From positions 32,001 through 96,000 of the forward strand of contig CAVVKN010000023.1 in NCBI GenBank assembly GCA_963748825.1: a DNA stretch of 64,000 nt. The letters are read 5' to 3'. Both the position numbers and the translations under genes were made by a program. This DNA comes from Methanotrichaceae archaeon. GTDB taxonomy: Archaea > Halobacteriota > Methanosarcinia > Methanotrichales > Methanotrichaceae. The notes beneath the pieces are model-generated. The model was given only the letters and a program-made list of their open reading frames with translations, made no database searches and was not told the origin of the DNA. Every line of letters begins with the position of its first letter. The stretch's first letter is position 1. Below are positions 30,944 through 41,009 of this stretch, in pieces.

Positions 30944-31302
30944 CGGTTATCACTGCCAACGCATCTAAAACATCTCTATCCTAATCAATATATTGGACGG
31001 ATGTATTGGTTGCACTCGGGCAGAAAGAATGGGATGCAGCCCTGTTCTATTTGGCATAGGTGAACAAGCAGTCTCCGATCCACCGGCACATGATACGAAA
31101 AACCCCCTGGCCAAAGGTCCATCTTCCGGCTCATAGTGACCTTATGTGCTACGAACTTCGCTATGGTGAATCGCGATAGAGGGGAGCTATGAAAACATTC
31201 GGAAACATAACGCTGAAGATCGGAAGGATATCTATGACGGATCACTGTGCGACATGGATGAGTGATATTATTTGAGGAACATATATCTGATGAACTCCCA
31301 AT

Positions 31303-31827
31303 CTAGTGGCTATTTTTTTTCAAAAAACCCCGCTGCAACAGCTCTATCAATTCCTCAGTATTGTACCGGGATATCAGATCCAAGAGCAGGTCCGTCTGCA
31401 TGTAGAAGCGTCTAGCTCTGTCGATCCCGTCCAGTGCAGCCTCAGACACATGCTCACAGGCCCTGAGATCATCTTCAGTCCTATTCATAGCGGCTATGAT
31501 GACCTGCATCTCTTGCCTCATATTGGTTATCAGTTCCTTCTTGAGGGAATCAGGATCTGTAACAGGAATATAGTGATATCTCTTGTCGCCCGGTATAATC
31601 ACCCTCCTGACCAGCCCCTGTCTTTCCAGCGTGCTAATATTGGTGCTTACTGTGGACTTGCTGTAGCCGGTCTCTTCCACCAGTTCATCCATGGAAATGG
31701 GCCTGTCCGCCAGAAAAAGCGTGCCGCGCAAAACACCCACCGCATCGCAGCAGCCGTAGCTGTTGGCCACTTTGACGCAGGCATCAACCATATATCTCTT
31801 CAAGATATCCTTCTCATCACGATCCAT
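31303..31827 (-). CDS. GbsR/MarR family transcriptional regulator
   Basis: SMDELVEETGYSKSTVSTNI..LE..GLV winged-helix motif, divergent from the RND operon. Confidence 0.85.
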   Translation of the reverse strand: MDRDEKDILKRYMVDACVKVANSYGCCDAVGVLRGTLFLADRPISMDELVEETGYSKSTVSTNISTLERQGLVRRVIIPGDKRYHYIPVTDPDSLKKELITNMRQEMQVIIAAMNRTEDDLRACEHVSEAALDGIDRARRFYMQTDLLLDLISRYNTEELIELLQRGFLKKNSH

Positions 31828-31876
31828 CCATTTCTAGAAGACCACAACTTTTAAGTACTTTTCGCATGTTCCGGAC

Positions 31877-31894
31877 GTTTGGTAATTTCCGAAC
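31877..31894. promoter_or_regulatory. Imperfect palindrome GTTTGGTAA|TTTCCGAAC, candidate operator
   Basis: 7 of 9 positions form an inverted repeat, between the TATA-like TTTTAAGTA (31849-31857) and the transporter start. Confidence 0.5.
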
Positions 31895-31914
31895 GTAACT
31901 GAGGTAAAACGCGA

Positions 31915-34233
31915 ATGAAAGGCACAGAAAGGCTCGGCCATTGGATCGCAGACAACCCCATTATTATCATGGCAGCCGCACTGCTTCTAACTCTCGCCGC
32001 CCTGCATTATGCTCAGCAGATTGAGATGCAAGGGATGACCACCGAGAGCATGGTGGGCAAAGACTCTCCCCTCTACCAGCTTTTCGACCATCTCTATGTG
32101 GAAAAGTTTGCCACCGAGTCCATAGCTGTACTCATTGAAGCGGACGATGTCACAAAACCGAATATCCTGAGATCGATGGATAAGCTCTCGCAAAAGATGC
32201 GCATAGCCCCGGATGTGCTGGCAGTGACAAGTATAGCCGATATTGTGGCAGACACTGAGAAGCTTGACAATGGTATCAGAACAATTCCCACCCAGGAGAG
32301 GATAGATGAAATTCTCTCCTATCCGGCAAATCTTCCGGCAGTAAATGCTATGATGCCGGATAAAAAGCATACCATACTCTCCATCGAGCTGCCGGTTTCT
32401 TTGAAGGAATCACAGCTTAGAGAGATTTACACAGAGACTTCCGGCCAGGTGAAGATGGCCGACTTCCCGCCTGACGTAGGCGTTACAGTTACAGGCAAGC
32501 CAGCGCTCATGCAATCAATAACCGAGGAGATGGCCAAGAGCAACGGCCCCATTCTCGCCCTGGCCGGCCTGCTCATGATCGTGGCTTTGCTGATTTCTTT
32601 CAATCATGTGAAATGGTCGCTGCTCCCCATTCCCGTCGTCTTCCTGGGAATAATATGGACATTCGGAGCCATGGGATTTTTGCATATACCGTTTACCATG
32701 GTTTCCATGTCTGCTTTCCCGGTGCTGATAGGCATCGGCATAGACTATGCCATCCAGTTTCATAACAGGATCGATGAGGAGTTTACTAAATGCGACTCAC
32801 CCATGCAAGCAGTGATACAGACGGTAAGCCATGTCTCCATGCCGGTCATGATCGCCCTGATTATAACTGCCATGGGATTCGTCTCCCTACTCACCTCATC
32901 CGTGCCCATGACCAGAGACTTCGGGCTTTTATGCCTGGTTGGACTCTTCCTTTGCTATCTGTCCGCTCTTTTCGTTGGGGTTACTCTGCTTTACATTATA
33001 GAGAAGAGGGGATCAGGCAAGAGAGCAATTATGAGGGAGAATGCCGCAGCCAGTGTGCCCAAAGATACGATGATTGGAAACATCATCGAGAAGGTCTCGG
33101 ACATCTGCATTCAAAGATGGCATCTGGTGCTTGCTGCCGCACTCTTCCTCTCCCTGGTAGGAATCTATGCAGACACTCAAGTTCAGGTGGATACCGACTT
33201 CAAGAATTATGTGCCCCAGGACTTGCCTCCGCTCATAGACTTCAAACATATGAGCGACATCTTTGGTGGCACAGATACGGTAGATCTCATCGTTCAGGCA
33301 GATGACATTACCGACCCCGATACCCTGCGCTGGATGGATGAATTTTGCATGTACCTGAAGAGTTCCCGAGATCAGGTATATGGTTACGAAAGCATATCCT
33401 CCCTGGTCAAGAAGGCCAATGGCGGCGAGATACCTCAGGAACAAACTGAGATCAGGAGACTGATCGAGCAACTGCCCGCCGCGATGCGAGTCAAGAATCT
33501 TGATGGTCATGACACGGCCCTAATCAAGCTGGATGTGGGCAAAGAGCTGACCAACCTGGGCGCAGAAGGCACCGACCGGCTCATAAAAGAGATCGATAAA
33601 GACATCGTCTGGCATCAGCCGCCTCCCGGAGTGTCCGTGCGGGAGACTGGCGACGCTGTGGTAATGACCACAGTCATCACCGCTTTGACTCAAGGCAGAA
33701 CGGAAATGACTCTGCTGGGATTGCTGCTGATCTTTATCGTGTTGCTGCTCATCTACCGGGATCTGATAAAAGCACTGCTGCCAGTACTGCCTATGATGGT
33801 AGTAATCGGCTGGATGGGTGGCGTGATGTACCTGGCCGACATGAAATACACGCCCCTAACAGCATGCCTGGGAGCACTCATTTTGGGCGTGGGATCGGAA
33901 TACGCAATATTAATGATGGAGCGCTTCTACGAAGAGCTGGCCAGAATCGGGCAGCCCCTGGAGGCGCTCAAGATTTCAGCAAGGCGCATAGGTTCCGCAC
34001 TCATAGCCTCCGGCCTTACCACGGTATTTGGATTTGCGGCCCTGATATCCTCGCCTTTCTTGATCACCAACAATTTTGGAACAGTTACAGTTTTAGCGAT
34101 AGTATTCGCATTGCTCACGACATTCACAGTCTTCGTGGTGCTCATGTACCGCATGGAGATTCGGCGTGCAATGGTAGAAAATGCGAAATACGAGATGAAG
34201 AAAGCCCTCAAGCTAATAGCAAGAGGAGGATGA
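31915..34233 (+). CDS. RND/MMPL-superfamily (HAE3-type) exporter
   Basis: Two repeats of 1+5 TM helices with large external loops, GIGIDYAIQ motif. Confidence 0.9.
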   Translation: MKGTERLGHWIADNPIIIMAAALLLTLAALHYAQQIEMQGMTTESMVGKDSPLYQLFDHLYVEKFATESIAVLIEADDVTKPNILRSMDKLSQKMRIAPDVLAVTSIADIVADTEKLDNGIRTIPTQERIDEILSYPANLPAVNAMMPDKKHTILSIELPVSLKESQLREIYTETSGQVKMADFPPDVGVTVTGKPALMQSITEEMAKSNGPILALAGLLMIVALLISFNHVKWSLLPIPVVFLGIIWTFGAMGFLHIPFTMVSMSAFPVLIGIGIDYAIQFHNRIDEEFTKCDSPMQAVIQTVSHVSMPVMIALIITAMGFVSLLTSSVPMTRDFGLLCLVGLFLCYLSALFVGVTLLYIIEKRGSGKRAIMRENAAASVPKDTMIGNIIEKVSDICIQRWHLVLAAALFLSLVGIYADTQVQVDTDFKNYVPQDLPPLIDFKHMSDIFGGTDTVDLIVQADDITDPDTLRWMDEFCMYLKSSRDQVYGYESISSLVKKANGGEIPQEQTEIRRLIEQLPAAMRVKNLDGHDTALIKLDVGKELTNLGAEGTDRLIKEIDKDIVWHQPPPGVSVRETGDAVVMTTVITALTQGRTEMTLLGLLLIFIVLLLIYRDLIKALLPVLPMMVVIGWMGGVMYLADMKYTPLTACLGALILGVGSEYAILMMERFYEELARIGQPLEALKISARRIGSALIASGLTTVFGFAALISSPFLITNNFGTVTVLAIVFALLTTFTVFVVLMYRMEIRRAMVENAKYEMKKALKLIARGG

Positions 34234-35289
34234 TTGATGAGAATTATTATGGCCCTGATTGGCCTTTGCCTGTTGGCTCTAATTGCCAACGTCTCGGCTC
34301 AAAACACCTACATACCCTTTGAGCTGGGCGGAGATAACTATTACACCATGTATGGCAGCCCAGACGTCTCAGCCAGCGTTTCCGGGACGGATGAGTTTGA
34401 GCGTGGGGATACCGTTTCCCTTTACGTGGATCTGACCAACTACGGAAGAATATTGGGATTTAAGGAGGATCTAACACCCCAAGATCCCAAGGAGTTCACT
34501 CTGGCCAGCGCCGAGCTGCAAGAAGAGTACAAGAAGCCGACAGCACTCGGAATCACTGCTAACCTGCACTCCGCCAATCCAGAGATTGAGATAAAGTCCG
34601 CAGACCAGGTTGTGCAATCTTTAAAGTCGGGCGATAAGACCCAGTCGCCTTTGAAATTCGCCATTAAGATTGGAGAGCACGCCCCTGCCGGAATTTACCC
34701 ACTCAGTTTGAACCTGTCTTATGACTATCAGGACAATGTCCGAGTGCAGGCTTCCAAGCTTGTTACCAGCGGAAGCTCACCGACTCTGGCAAATTACCAG
34801 GTATCCTACATCTACCAGAAGGCCAATCAGACCGTGCCCATCATTATCACCGTTAAGAAGCAGGCGGACTTTTTGATCATGAATGCAACGGGCGCGCTCT
34901 CTGCCGGCGTCAAGAAGGCACAAATCGAAGCTACATACAAAAATATTGGCGAGGACCCTGTCAAAGACGCAATCGCAAGGCTATCCATCTTCAAGCCGTT
35001 CTCCTCCACCGATGATCAGGCATTCATCGGAACGCTGGCTCCAGGAGAAGAGAAGACGGTCGTCTTCCGACTTGACGTCGATTCCGACGCTACGCCTAAG
35101 GACTATGGCATAAACAGCGAGATCAAATACACCGATGTCAATGGCGATTCGGTGATATCCGAGAGCATGAAGATACCTGTTGTAGTCAAGGCCGCCTCCG
35201 CGTCTCTGCTCATGCCTGCGATTGTGGTTCTCATCATAATAGTCGCCGCAGGCGGATACATGTATAGGAGAAAGCAGAAGAAGACGTAA
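34234..35289 (+). CDS. COG1361 S-layer-domain protein, C-terminally membrane anchored
   Basis: Signal peptide, Ig-like repeats, C-terminal TM helix plus basic tail, directly downstream of the RND gene. Confidence 0.82.
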   Translation: MMRIIMALIGLCLLALIANVSAQNTYIPFELGGDNYYTMYGSPDVSASVSGTDEFERGDTVSLYVDLTNYGRILGFKEDLTPQDPKEFTLASAELQEEYKKPTALGITANLHSANPEIEIKSADQVVQSLKSGDKTQSPLKFAIKIGEHAPAGIYPLSLNLSYDYQDNVRVQASKLVTSGSSPTLANYQVSYIYQKANQTVPIIITVKKQADFLIMNATGALSAGVKKAQIEATYKNIGEDPVKDAIARLSIFKPFSSTDDQAFIGTLAPGEEKTVVFRLDVDSDATPKDYGINSEIKYTDVNGDSVISESMKIPVVVKAASASLLMPAIVVLIIIVAAGGYMYRRKQKKT

Positions 35290-35743
35290 AGCCTGGGCCC
35301 TTCTCCTGCTTTTTTCTATTTCTACTATTTTTGCTGCCCTTCTAAAATATCGATCACGGTTACTGCCAAGGGATTGGGGCGGCAGGGGGGCAGCACGTCG
35401 CGAGCTCACCACTCATGGAAGAGTGGGGTCGCCCAAGTACCGACGTTTCGACTTTTCGCGAAACTCTCTCTGACCGAGCACCTAAGGATTGTTTATAATT
35501 TGCAATATTTCGGTTAAGCTCCATTTTGTTGTCATTACATTTTCGAAGTTCAAATCGGCTGATCCGTCGCACGGATAAATGAACTATACTTATAAATAAA
35601 ACGGTTATAGATATTATATTAAATTGCCCACACACCGCAGGCTAAAAAAAGGCCACAAAAGGGCCAAAGCAGCCGGAAGAACAACAGGCAGATCGACCTT
35701 TAACATATTGTGAATTTATGGATTGTCCTCAGGCTTACCTTAT

Positions 35744-36301
35744 CTAGGTCATGGCCATCAGCTCTAGCTTCGCCCGGTCTGATTCGCCTGATCCAGGAGA
35801 CGCTTCTGCCGTCGTCTGCACATCGCCTTCAGACACATAAGACAGGTAGAGCTTGCGCCTCTTTCCCTGAGTCATCTTGACATGTTTCGGGTCGAGTTCA
35901 TGAGCACGCTTCATCACGCTTATTACCGTAGTCTTATTTAAGCCCAGCATGTCCACCAGCTCGCTGGTTGTGTACCTGCTCGGCCTCTCTTCCATGATAT
36001 CTATGAGAGATCGCGCATGGTTATCCAGGGCCTTTCCATCTCCAGAGCTCGTTTCCTGAATTGGCGCAGGTCGTCCCTGCCGGGCGCGAAGCTGGCTCTT
36101 CAGATCGGATACCTCTTTGGAGAGGCGATCAACCTGATCGATCAGCCTGCCTAAGAGCTCTACATCGCTCTGCTTGGAGTCGAGCTCCCTGGATATCTTT
36201 TCGATGGCTGAAACCAGCAAAAGCATGGCTTGTGCTTCTTTTCTATTTTTTTCAATCTCTTCGGCCTTTGTTTTGTATAGCTCTAAAAGCTCTTCGAACA
36301 T
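35744..36301 (-). CDS. Coiled-coil protein with C-terminal winged HTH
   Basis: Heptad-rich N half and YTTSELVDMLGLNKTTVISVMKRA HTH. AGGAG RBS. Confidence 0.75.
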   Translation of the reverse strand: MFEELLELYKTKAEEIEKNRKEAQAMLLLVSAIEKISRELDSKQSDVELLGRLIDQVDRLSKEVSDLKSQLRARQGRPAPIQETSSGDGKALDNHARSLIDIMEERPSRYTTSELVDMLGLNKTTVISVMKRAHELDPKHVKMTQGKRRKLYLSYVSEGDVQTTAEASPGSGESDRAKLELMAMT

Positions 36302-36517
36302 TTGTGGGCTACTCCTAGTATCTTCTAGTATGGTCTAATTTCGAAGCAAATTTAAAATGTTAACGAGTTAGAATTCACGACCCAAGTATATATACTTTTC
36401 CTAGAATTATCCGATTGAGCAAATATCTGCCAATCACCGAGTCAATTCACCCGCCCCCCGAATTAGAAGGATATAGGAAGAGGAGAATTTCAAATACACA
36501 CGAATCAAAAAAATAAT

Positions 36518-37315
36518 CTAACAGTTATCCATCAGTATTTTAGGCAGTTCCTTTATATCCGTTATTATCTTATCGGCAGCTTCAAGGAGCTTTGAAGTGG
36601 GACGAGTGTCCTGCTGCACGGTCAGGATGCCCAGGTCCGCCGCCCTCAAAGCATAAAGGTCGTTTAGACCGTCGCCCACCATTACCACTTGGCGGTATTG
36701 GTTCTTCAGATCGACTATTATCTCTTTTTTCCGCCTTGGGCTGGAAACAGGATAAACTCGCGACAGGTCTATGCCCAATTCATTGAGATAAGCAAGGCTT
36801 CTCATGCTGTCCCCGGAAGCCACATAGACATCTGCCCCACGATTTTTCAGACAAGCCAGGACATCCTCCAATCCGGGAAATGGAGAGCCTCCCGTGCTAA
36901 GTGCATAAACAACCTCCTGCAGATCAACATCAACAATCATGCCGGCAGTATGATAATTACCGGGGCACCTGGCCAATACTTCACGATACACCTCCACAAG
37001 ATCGCGAACCTTGGCTCGAGAACGACCTAGAATGCGTACAGCTTCATCTTTGGTGATGGGACTGCTGGCACAACTTATCTCCAGTAATTGCTCGCGACCT
37101 TTCATCAGCATTCCCAGAGTATCATCAGGCCGACAGGAGAATATAAGAGCGGGGTCCATCTGAGGGACAACCAGGACGCGACCTTTCTTCTCCATAATCA
37201 GCTCCCAGGTAACCACATTAAACCGAATGACGCCTTTTTCGATATCCTTGGCCACGCGATACATCCTCAGTATGGTCCCTGCCACATCCATGACCACGGC
37301 GAGATCTTTGCACAT
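36518..37315 (-). CDS. HAD-superfamily soluble P-type-ATPase-like phosphatase
   Basis: DVAGT, ASGD, K and MVGDGLND motifs. Confidence 0.85.
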   Translation of the reverse strand: MCKDLAVVMDVAGTILRMYRVAKDIEKGVIRFNVVTWELIMEKKGRVLVVPQMDPALIFSCRPDDTLGMLMKGREQLLEISCASSPITKDEAVRILGRSRAKVRDLVEVYREVLARCPGNYHTAGMIVDVDLQEVVYALSTGGSPFPGLEDVLACLKNRGADVYVASGDSMRSLAYLNELGIDLSRVYPVSSPRRKKEIIVDLKNQYRQVVMVGDGLNDLYALRAADLGILTVQQDTRPTSKLLEAADKIITDIKELPKILMDNC

Positions 37316-37442
37316 CTTGAAGCTAGATGGACCAAGGGATGAGATGAAACTTTTGCCGTGCAAGCTACAATAACTTTTTTAGCTAGAAGATCCTAATAAG
37401 CGGATAATAAGGGGTAGAACGACGAAGGGTATCGCAGTAGCG

Positions 37443-38138
37443 TTGTTGCTAATGTTGCTCTTATGCCTGGAGCCGGTCTTTGCCACACCGGCCATAACCG
37501 AACAGATCCAGGACGGAGATTTTTGCAACAGGCTGAAGGTAACTGGAACGGGCACCTTTGAGGTGGGCGTTTCGGTTAAAGACAGGCAGCTTGCTCTCGA
37601 GTACTACAATTTCATGTACGGCGACGGCGACCTGGAGATGGACTCCGGAACCGTCGAAGCACAGAGGGCGGCCAAGCTTCCAGGCATGGAGAACGGATCA
37701 GCTGTGCCGCTAAATCTCTGGGAGAGCAACAAACTCACCTACTCAGGCAAGACCCCCATGGTGGGAGCGAAATATATCAACTCTAAGGCCTTCTGGGGCG
37801 GCATCGGCGCAGAGATCACAGAGAGCTTCTCGGTCACAGAGATGGAGAGGGAGGGCAGCAGCTACTTCGCCTCAACCAATCCTGCCTCCTACATAACCGA
37901 TCCTAAGAAGATAGAAGAGATGCTAAAGTCAAGCCCTGTGCACACTGTGGGCATTCAGACCAAAAATTCCTTCAATGGAACCTGGCAGACGGACGCTCGG
38001 ATGCATAAAATGTTCAGCAAGGATCTCAAGGTGCATGAGTCCTTCACGGGCAAGTTCGAGGTGGAGAAGATGATCAAGTTCCGAGAGAGTCCAGTGGAAG
38101 AGAAAAAACAATCGGGCTGCGACGGCATAGACTGCTAA
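37443..38138 (+). CDS. Secreted hypothetical protein (true start probably ACG at 37419 or 37422)
   Basis: Hydrophobic signal core, beta-rich body, C-terminal CDGIDC. Confidence 0.75.
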   Translation: MLLMLLLCLEPVFATPAITEQIQDGDFCNRLKVTGTGTFEVGVSVKDRQLALEYYNFMYGDGDLEMDSGTVEAQRAAKLPGMENGSAVPLNLWESNKLTYSGKTPMVGAKYINSKAFWGGIGAEITESFSVTEMEREGSSYFASTNPASYITDPKKIEEMLKSSPVHTVGIQTKNSFNGTWQTDARMHKMFSKDLKVHESFTGKFEVEKMIKFRESPVEEKKQSGCDGIDC

Positions 38139-38440
38139 GTTCCGCCCTCTGCTTATCATCCAACCATTTCTATTTATGAAAAGGACCTCATTGACAATGC
38201 TGACGAATGTGAGGTGCGAAGCGAGACAATGGCAGAGTAAGCGCCATCTCAAGAGTAACTATGAGCCGTCAACTATCCTACTTTGGGAAATCCTTTACCC
38301 CATCTAGTTGAATTGGCTCTTGGCGCGAAGGCAGTCCAATTTTAGCGATTATCTAGCACGGCCCTGATTCCTAGCCCTCATATGAACCTCATCTCAAAAT
38401 AAGTCTTTTATAAACCAGGAACAAGACCGGTCTCTGGTGA

Positions 38441-38647
38441 ATGGGTTTGATTACCAATATTGATGCCAACGGCAAGATTCAGCTTCCTCTTGCCATCAGA
38501 TATGGACTGCATCTGCTGACAGGAGACAAGATCGCTGTGGACCAGCTGGGGGATGGAACCATCATCCTCAAGAAGATCGAAGTACAGGAGACATTAGCAG
38601 CAGCGGAAATGTCCGAGATGGGCATAATGCAGGCAGCACATAGCTGA
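38441..38647 (+). CDS. AbrB/MazE/SpoVT family DNA-binding protein
   Basis: IDANGKIQLPLAIR..L.L..GD.I......G.IILKK pattern, GGTGA RBS, TATA TTTATAAA near 38407-38414. Confidence 0.8.
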   Translation: MGLITNIDANGKIQLPLAIRYGLHLLTGDKIAVDQLGDGTIILKKIEVQETLAAAEMSEMGIMQAAHS

Positions 38648-38842
38648 GATATCCACCTAAATCATGGGCAGAGACTCGCAGGACCACGATAAGACATATA
38701 ATCATACTGATAATAAGACCAATGCGAAGCCCAGGTTTTGCTGCCGAAAGAGATGGAGACATCTATTGTTGCGGAAATTACGAGGCGCAAATTTTGCCAT
38801 CGGCGATTTAAAGGCCAGGGGCAGTGGGCTAGGGCGAGTGAT

Positions 38843-39124
38843 ATGAAGAACTCTATGATATTTGGCTTAATATTCTTGTTATTGGCCTGCAGTTCTCTTG
38901 CCGCACCATTGCGGCTAAGCGGGGACTTTGGCCGGGCCATTCTCTACACAATTGATCTAAACAACAGCACCAACATGGCCAACACCACCAATGAGACACA
39001 GCTATGGAGTTGGGGAAAGCTGCCTGTGGGCCATTTTATTAACGCTTCCGGAAAGCTGGCGACCAATCCGATCAATGACGATGGTTTAGTGGTCGTGCCA
39101 CCACGTTCTGATGCAATGAGTTAA
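38843..39124 (+). CDS. Small secreted protein
   Basis: Signal peptide MKNSMIFGLIFLLLACSSLA, several N-x-S/T sequons, LWSWG motif. Confidence 0.7.
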   Translation: MKNSMIFGLIFLLLACSSLAAPLRLSGDFGRAILYTIDLNNSTNMANTTNETQLWSWGKLPVGHFINASGKLATNPINDDGLVVVPPRSDAMS

Positions 39125-39133
39125 AAAAGTGTA

Positions 39134-39207
39134 CGGACCCGCCGGGATTCGAACCCGGGTCCGAGGCTCCGGAGGCCTCTATTCTATCCAGACTATACTA
39201 CGAGTCC
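39134..39207 (-). tRNA. tRNA-Arg(CCG), intronless, CCA not encoded
   Basis: GGACTCG acceptor stem, GAGGC-CT-CCG-GA-GCCTC anticodon arm, GGTTCGAATCC T-arm. Confidence 0.96.
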
Positions 39208-39324
39208 ACGCTTGCATTTTTACAGCTAAGAACGCCCAAAAACTCACCAACATATATGAGTAAAATTATGGAAGATATAGGTTAGCGGGCCCTCTTCCCA
39301 GGGAAGCAGACCCTACCTAATGAT

Positions 39325-39633
39325 TTAGCTTTCCAGCACAATCTCAATATTTACATTCTTGGGAACCTGGATTCTCATGAGCTGGCGAAGCGCCCGCTCG
39401 TCAGCATCCAGATCGATGAGCCTCTTGTGCACTCTCATTTCCCAGTGATCCCAGGTGGCCGTTCCCTCGCCATCAGGACTCTTCCTGCAGGGTACTACCA
39501 TCCTTTTAGTGGGCAGCGGGATTGGTCCCGCCATGTGAACGCCTGTTCTCTGAGCAATCCCCTTTACCTGGCTGCAAATATCGTCCAGCATCAGGGGATT
39601 AGTGCCGGAAAGTCGAATTCTTGCCTTCTGCAT
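39325..39633 (-). CDS. rps10: 30S ribosomal protein uS10
   Basis: [25 protein letters not shown]. Confidence 0.98.
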   Translation of the reverse strand: MQKARIRLSGTNPLMLDDICSQVKGIAQRTGVHMAGPIPLPTKRMVVPCRKSPDGEGTATWDHWEMRVHKRLIDLDADERALRQLMRIQVPKNVNIEIVLES

Positions 39634-39656
39634 GTTTTACACCAAAAAAATTTGAT

Positions 39657-40931
39657 TTAGCGTGGTACCACGCTAATGCACATGCCGGCCGCGACGGTCG
39701 TGCCCATATCTCGAATGGCGAACCTTCCCAGTTGCGGGATCTCCTTCACTGGTTCAATGACCATGGGCTTGGAGGGCGTAACCATGATGATGGCTGCATC
39801 TCCAGCCTTGATGAAGGCAGGGTTTTCTTCCTTAACCGCTCCGGACCTTGGGTCCAGCTTGGCCAGGATGGCAGTGAGGGTGCACGCGATCTGCGCTGTA
39901 TGGCAGTGGAACACGGGTGTGTATCCTGCCGATATGGCGCTGGGGTGCTGCAACACTACTATCTGGGCCTTGAACTCCCTGGCCACTGTCGGGGGCTTAG
40001 CTACCGATCCGCAGACGTCACCGCGACGAATGTCGTTCTTGGCGACACCGCGCACGTTCCATCCGATGTTGTCTCCGGGGAATGCCTCGGTAACTTCCTC
40101 GTGATGCATCTCAATGGACTTGACCTCGCCAGTAGCCCCGGCGGGCTCGAAGATGATCTTGTCGTTCTTTCTCATGACGCCCGTCTCGACACGGCCCACT
40201 GGCACTGTGCCCACACCAGAGATGGTGTAGACATCCTGCACCGGTACGCGCAGAGGCAGGTTGGTCGGCTTCTGAGGAACCTTGAGGTTGTTCAAAGCTT
40301 CCAGAAGGGTTGGGCCCTTGTACCACTTCAGGTTGTCACTGGGCTTGGAAAGGTTGTCTCCCATCAGGCCGGAAATGGGCACGAAGGGTATATCCTCTAC
40401 CTTGAATCCAACCATCTTGAGCAGCTTGCCTACCTCATCCTTGACCTCGTTGAATCTCTTCTCGTCGAAGGGTGGAGTGGTGGCATCGATCTTGTTCATG
40501 CCTACGATCAGCTGGCTGACTCCCAGTGTCCTGGAAAGGAAGACGTGCTCCTTGGTCTGAGCCATGACGCCGTCCGGGACGGCCACGATCAGCACGGCGG
40601 CATCAGCCTGGCTGGCGCCGGTGATCATGTTCTTTACGAAGTCCCTGTGACCGGGGCAGTCCACCACGGTAAAGTAGAACTTGGCGGTATCGAAGCGGTG
40701 ATGGGCGATATCAATGGTAACGCCTCTCTCGCGCTCTTCCTTCAGGCTATCCATGACCCAGGCGAACTCGAAGGTCGCCTTTCCCTTGGATGCGGCTTCT
40801 TTCTTGTACTCATCAATGACGTGAGCATCTACAGCTCCTGTCTCGAACATCAATCTGCCTACGGTCGTCGACTTGCCGTGGTCGACGTGTCCAATGAATG
40901 CGAGATTGAGATGTGGCTTTGCTTCTGCCAT
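39657..40931 (-). CDS. tuf: Elongation factor 1-alpha
   Basis: [30 protein letters not shown]. Confidence 0.99.
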   Translation of the reverse strand: MAEAKPHLNLAFIGHVDHGKSTTVGRLMFETGAVDAHVIDEYKKEAASKGKATFEFAWVMDSLKEERERGVTIDIAHHRFDTAKFYFTVVDCPGHRDFVKNMITGASQADAAVLIVAVPDGVMAQTKEHVFLSRTLGVSQLIVGMNKIDATTPPFDEKRFNEVKDEVGKLLKMVGFKVEDIPFVPISGLMGDNLSKPSDNLKWYKGPTLLEALNNLKVPQKPTNLPLRVPVQDVYTISGVGTVPVGRVETGVMRKNDKIIFEPAGATGEVKSIEMHHEEVTEAFPGDNIGWNVRGVAKNDIRRGDVCGSVAKPPTVAREFKAQIVVLQHPSAISAGYTPVFHCHTAQIACTLTAILAKLDPRSGAVKEENPAFIKAGDAAIIMVTPSKPMVIEPVKEIPQLGRFAIRDMGTTVAAGMCISVVPR

Positions 40932-41009
40932 AATTTATCTCCTCCAACTGGCACTATTCATATTTTTCAGTATTTCTGCCTTAGTGTTTAATCTTTTCGA
41001 AGGTCGCGC

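Noticed and set aside
31144-31275. In-frame TAG joining two short ORFs as possible pyrrolysine readthrough
   Set aside because: The product resembles no family and there are no pyl genes in the window.
35480-35630. AT-rich tract as a replication origin
   Set aside because: No ORB-type repeats and no adjacent cdc6/orc1 gene.
39134-39180. tRNA-Arg 3' end as an integration site
   Set aside because: No duplicated tRNA fragment or integrase was noticed in the window.
39621-40991. 456-aa plus-strand ORF, and similar long antisense ORFs at 43950..44969, 53445..54524 and 17588..18418
   Set aside because: Shadow ORFs opposite strongly codon-biased genes, with no recognisable motifs.
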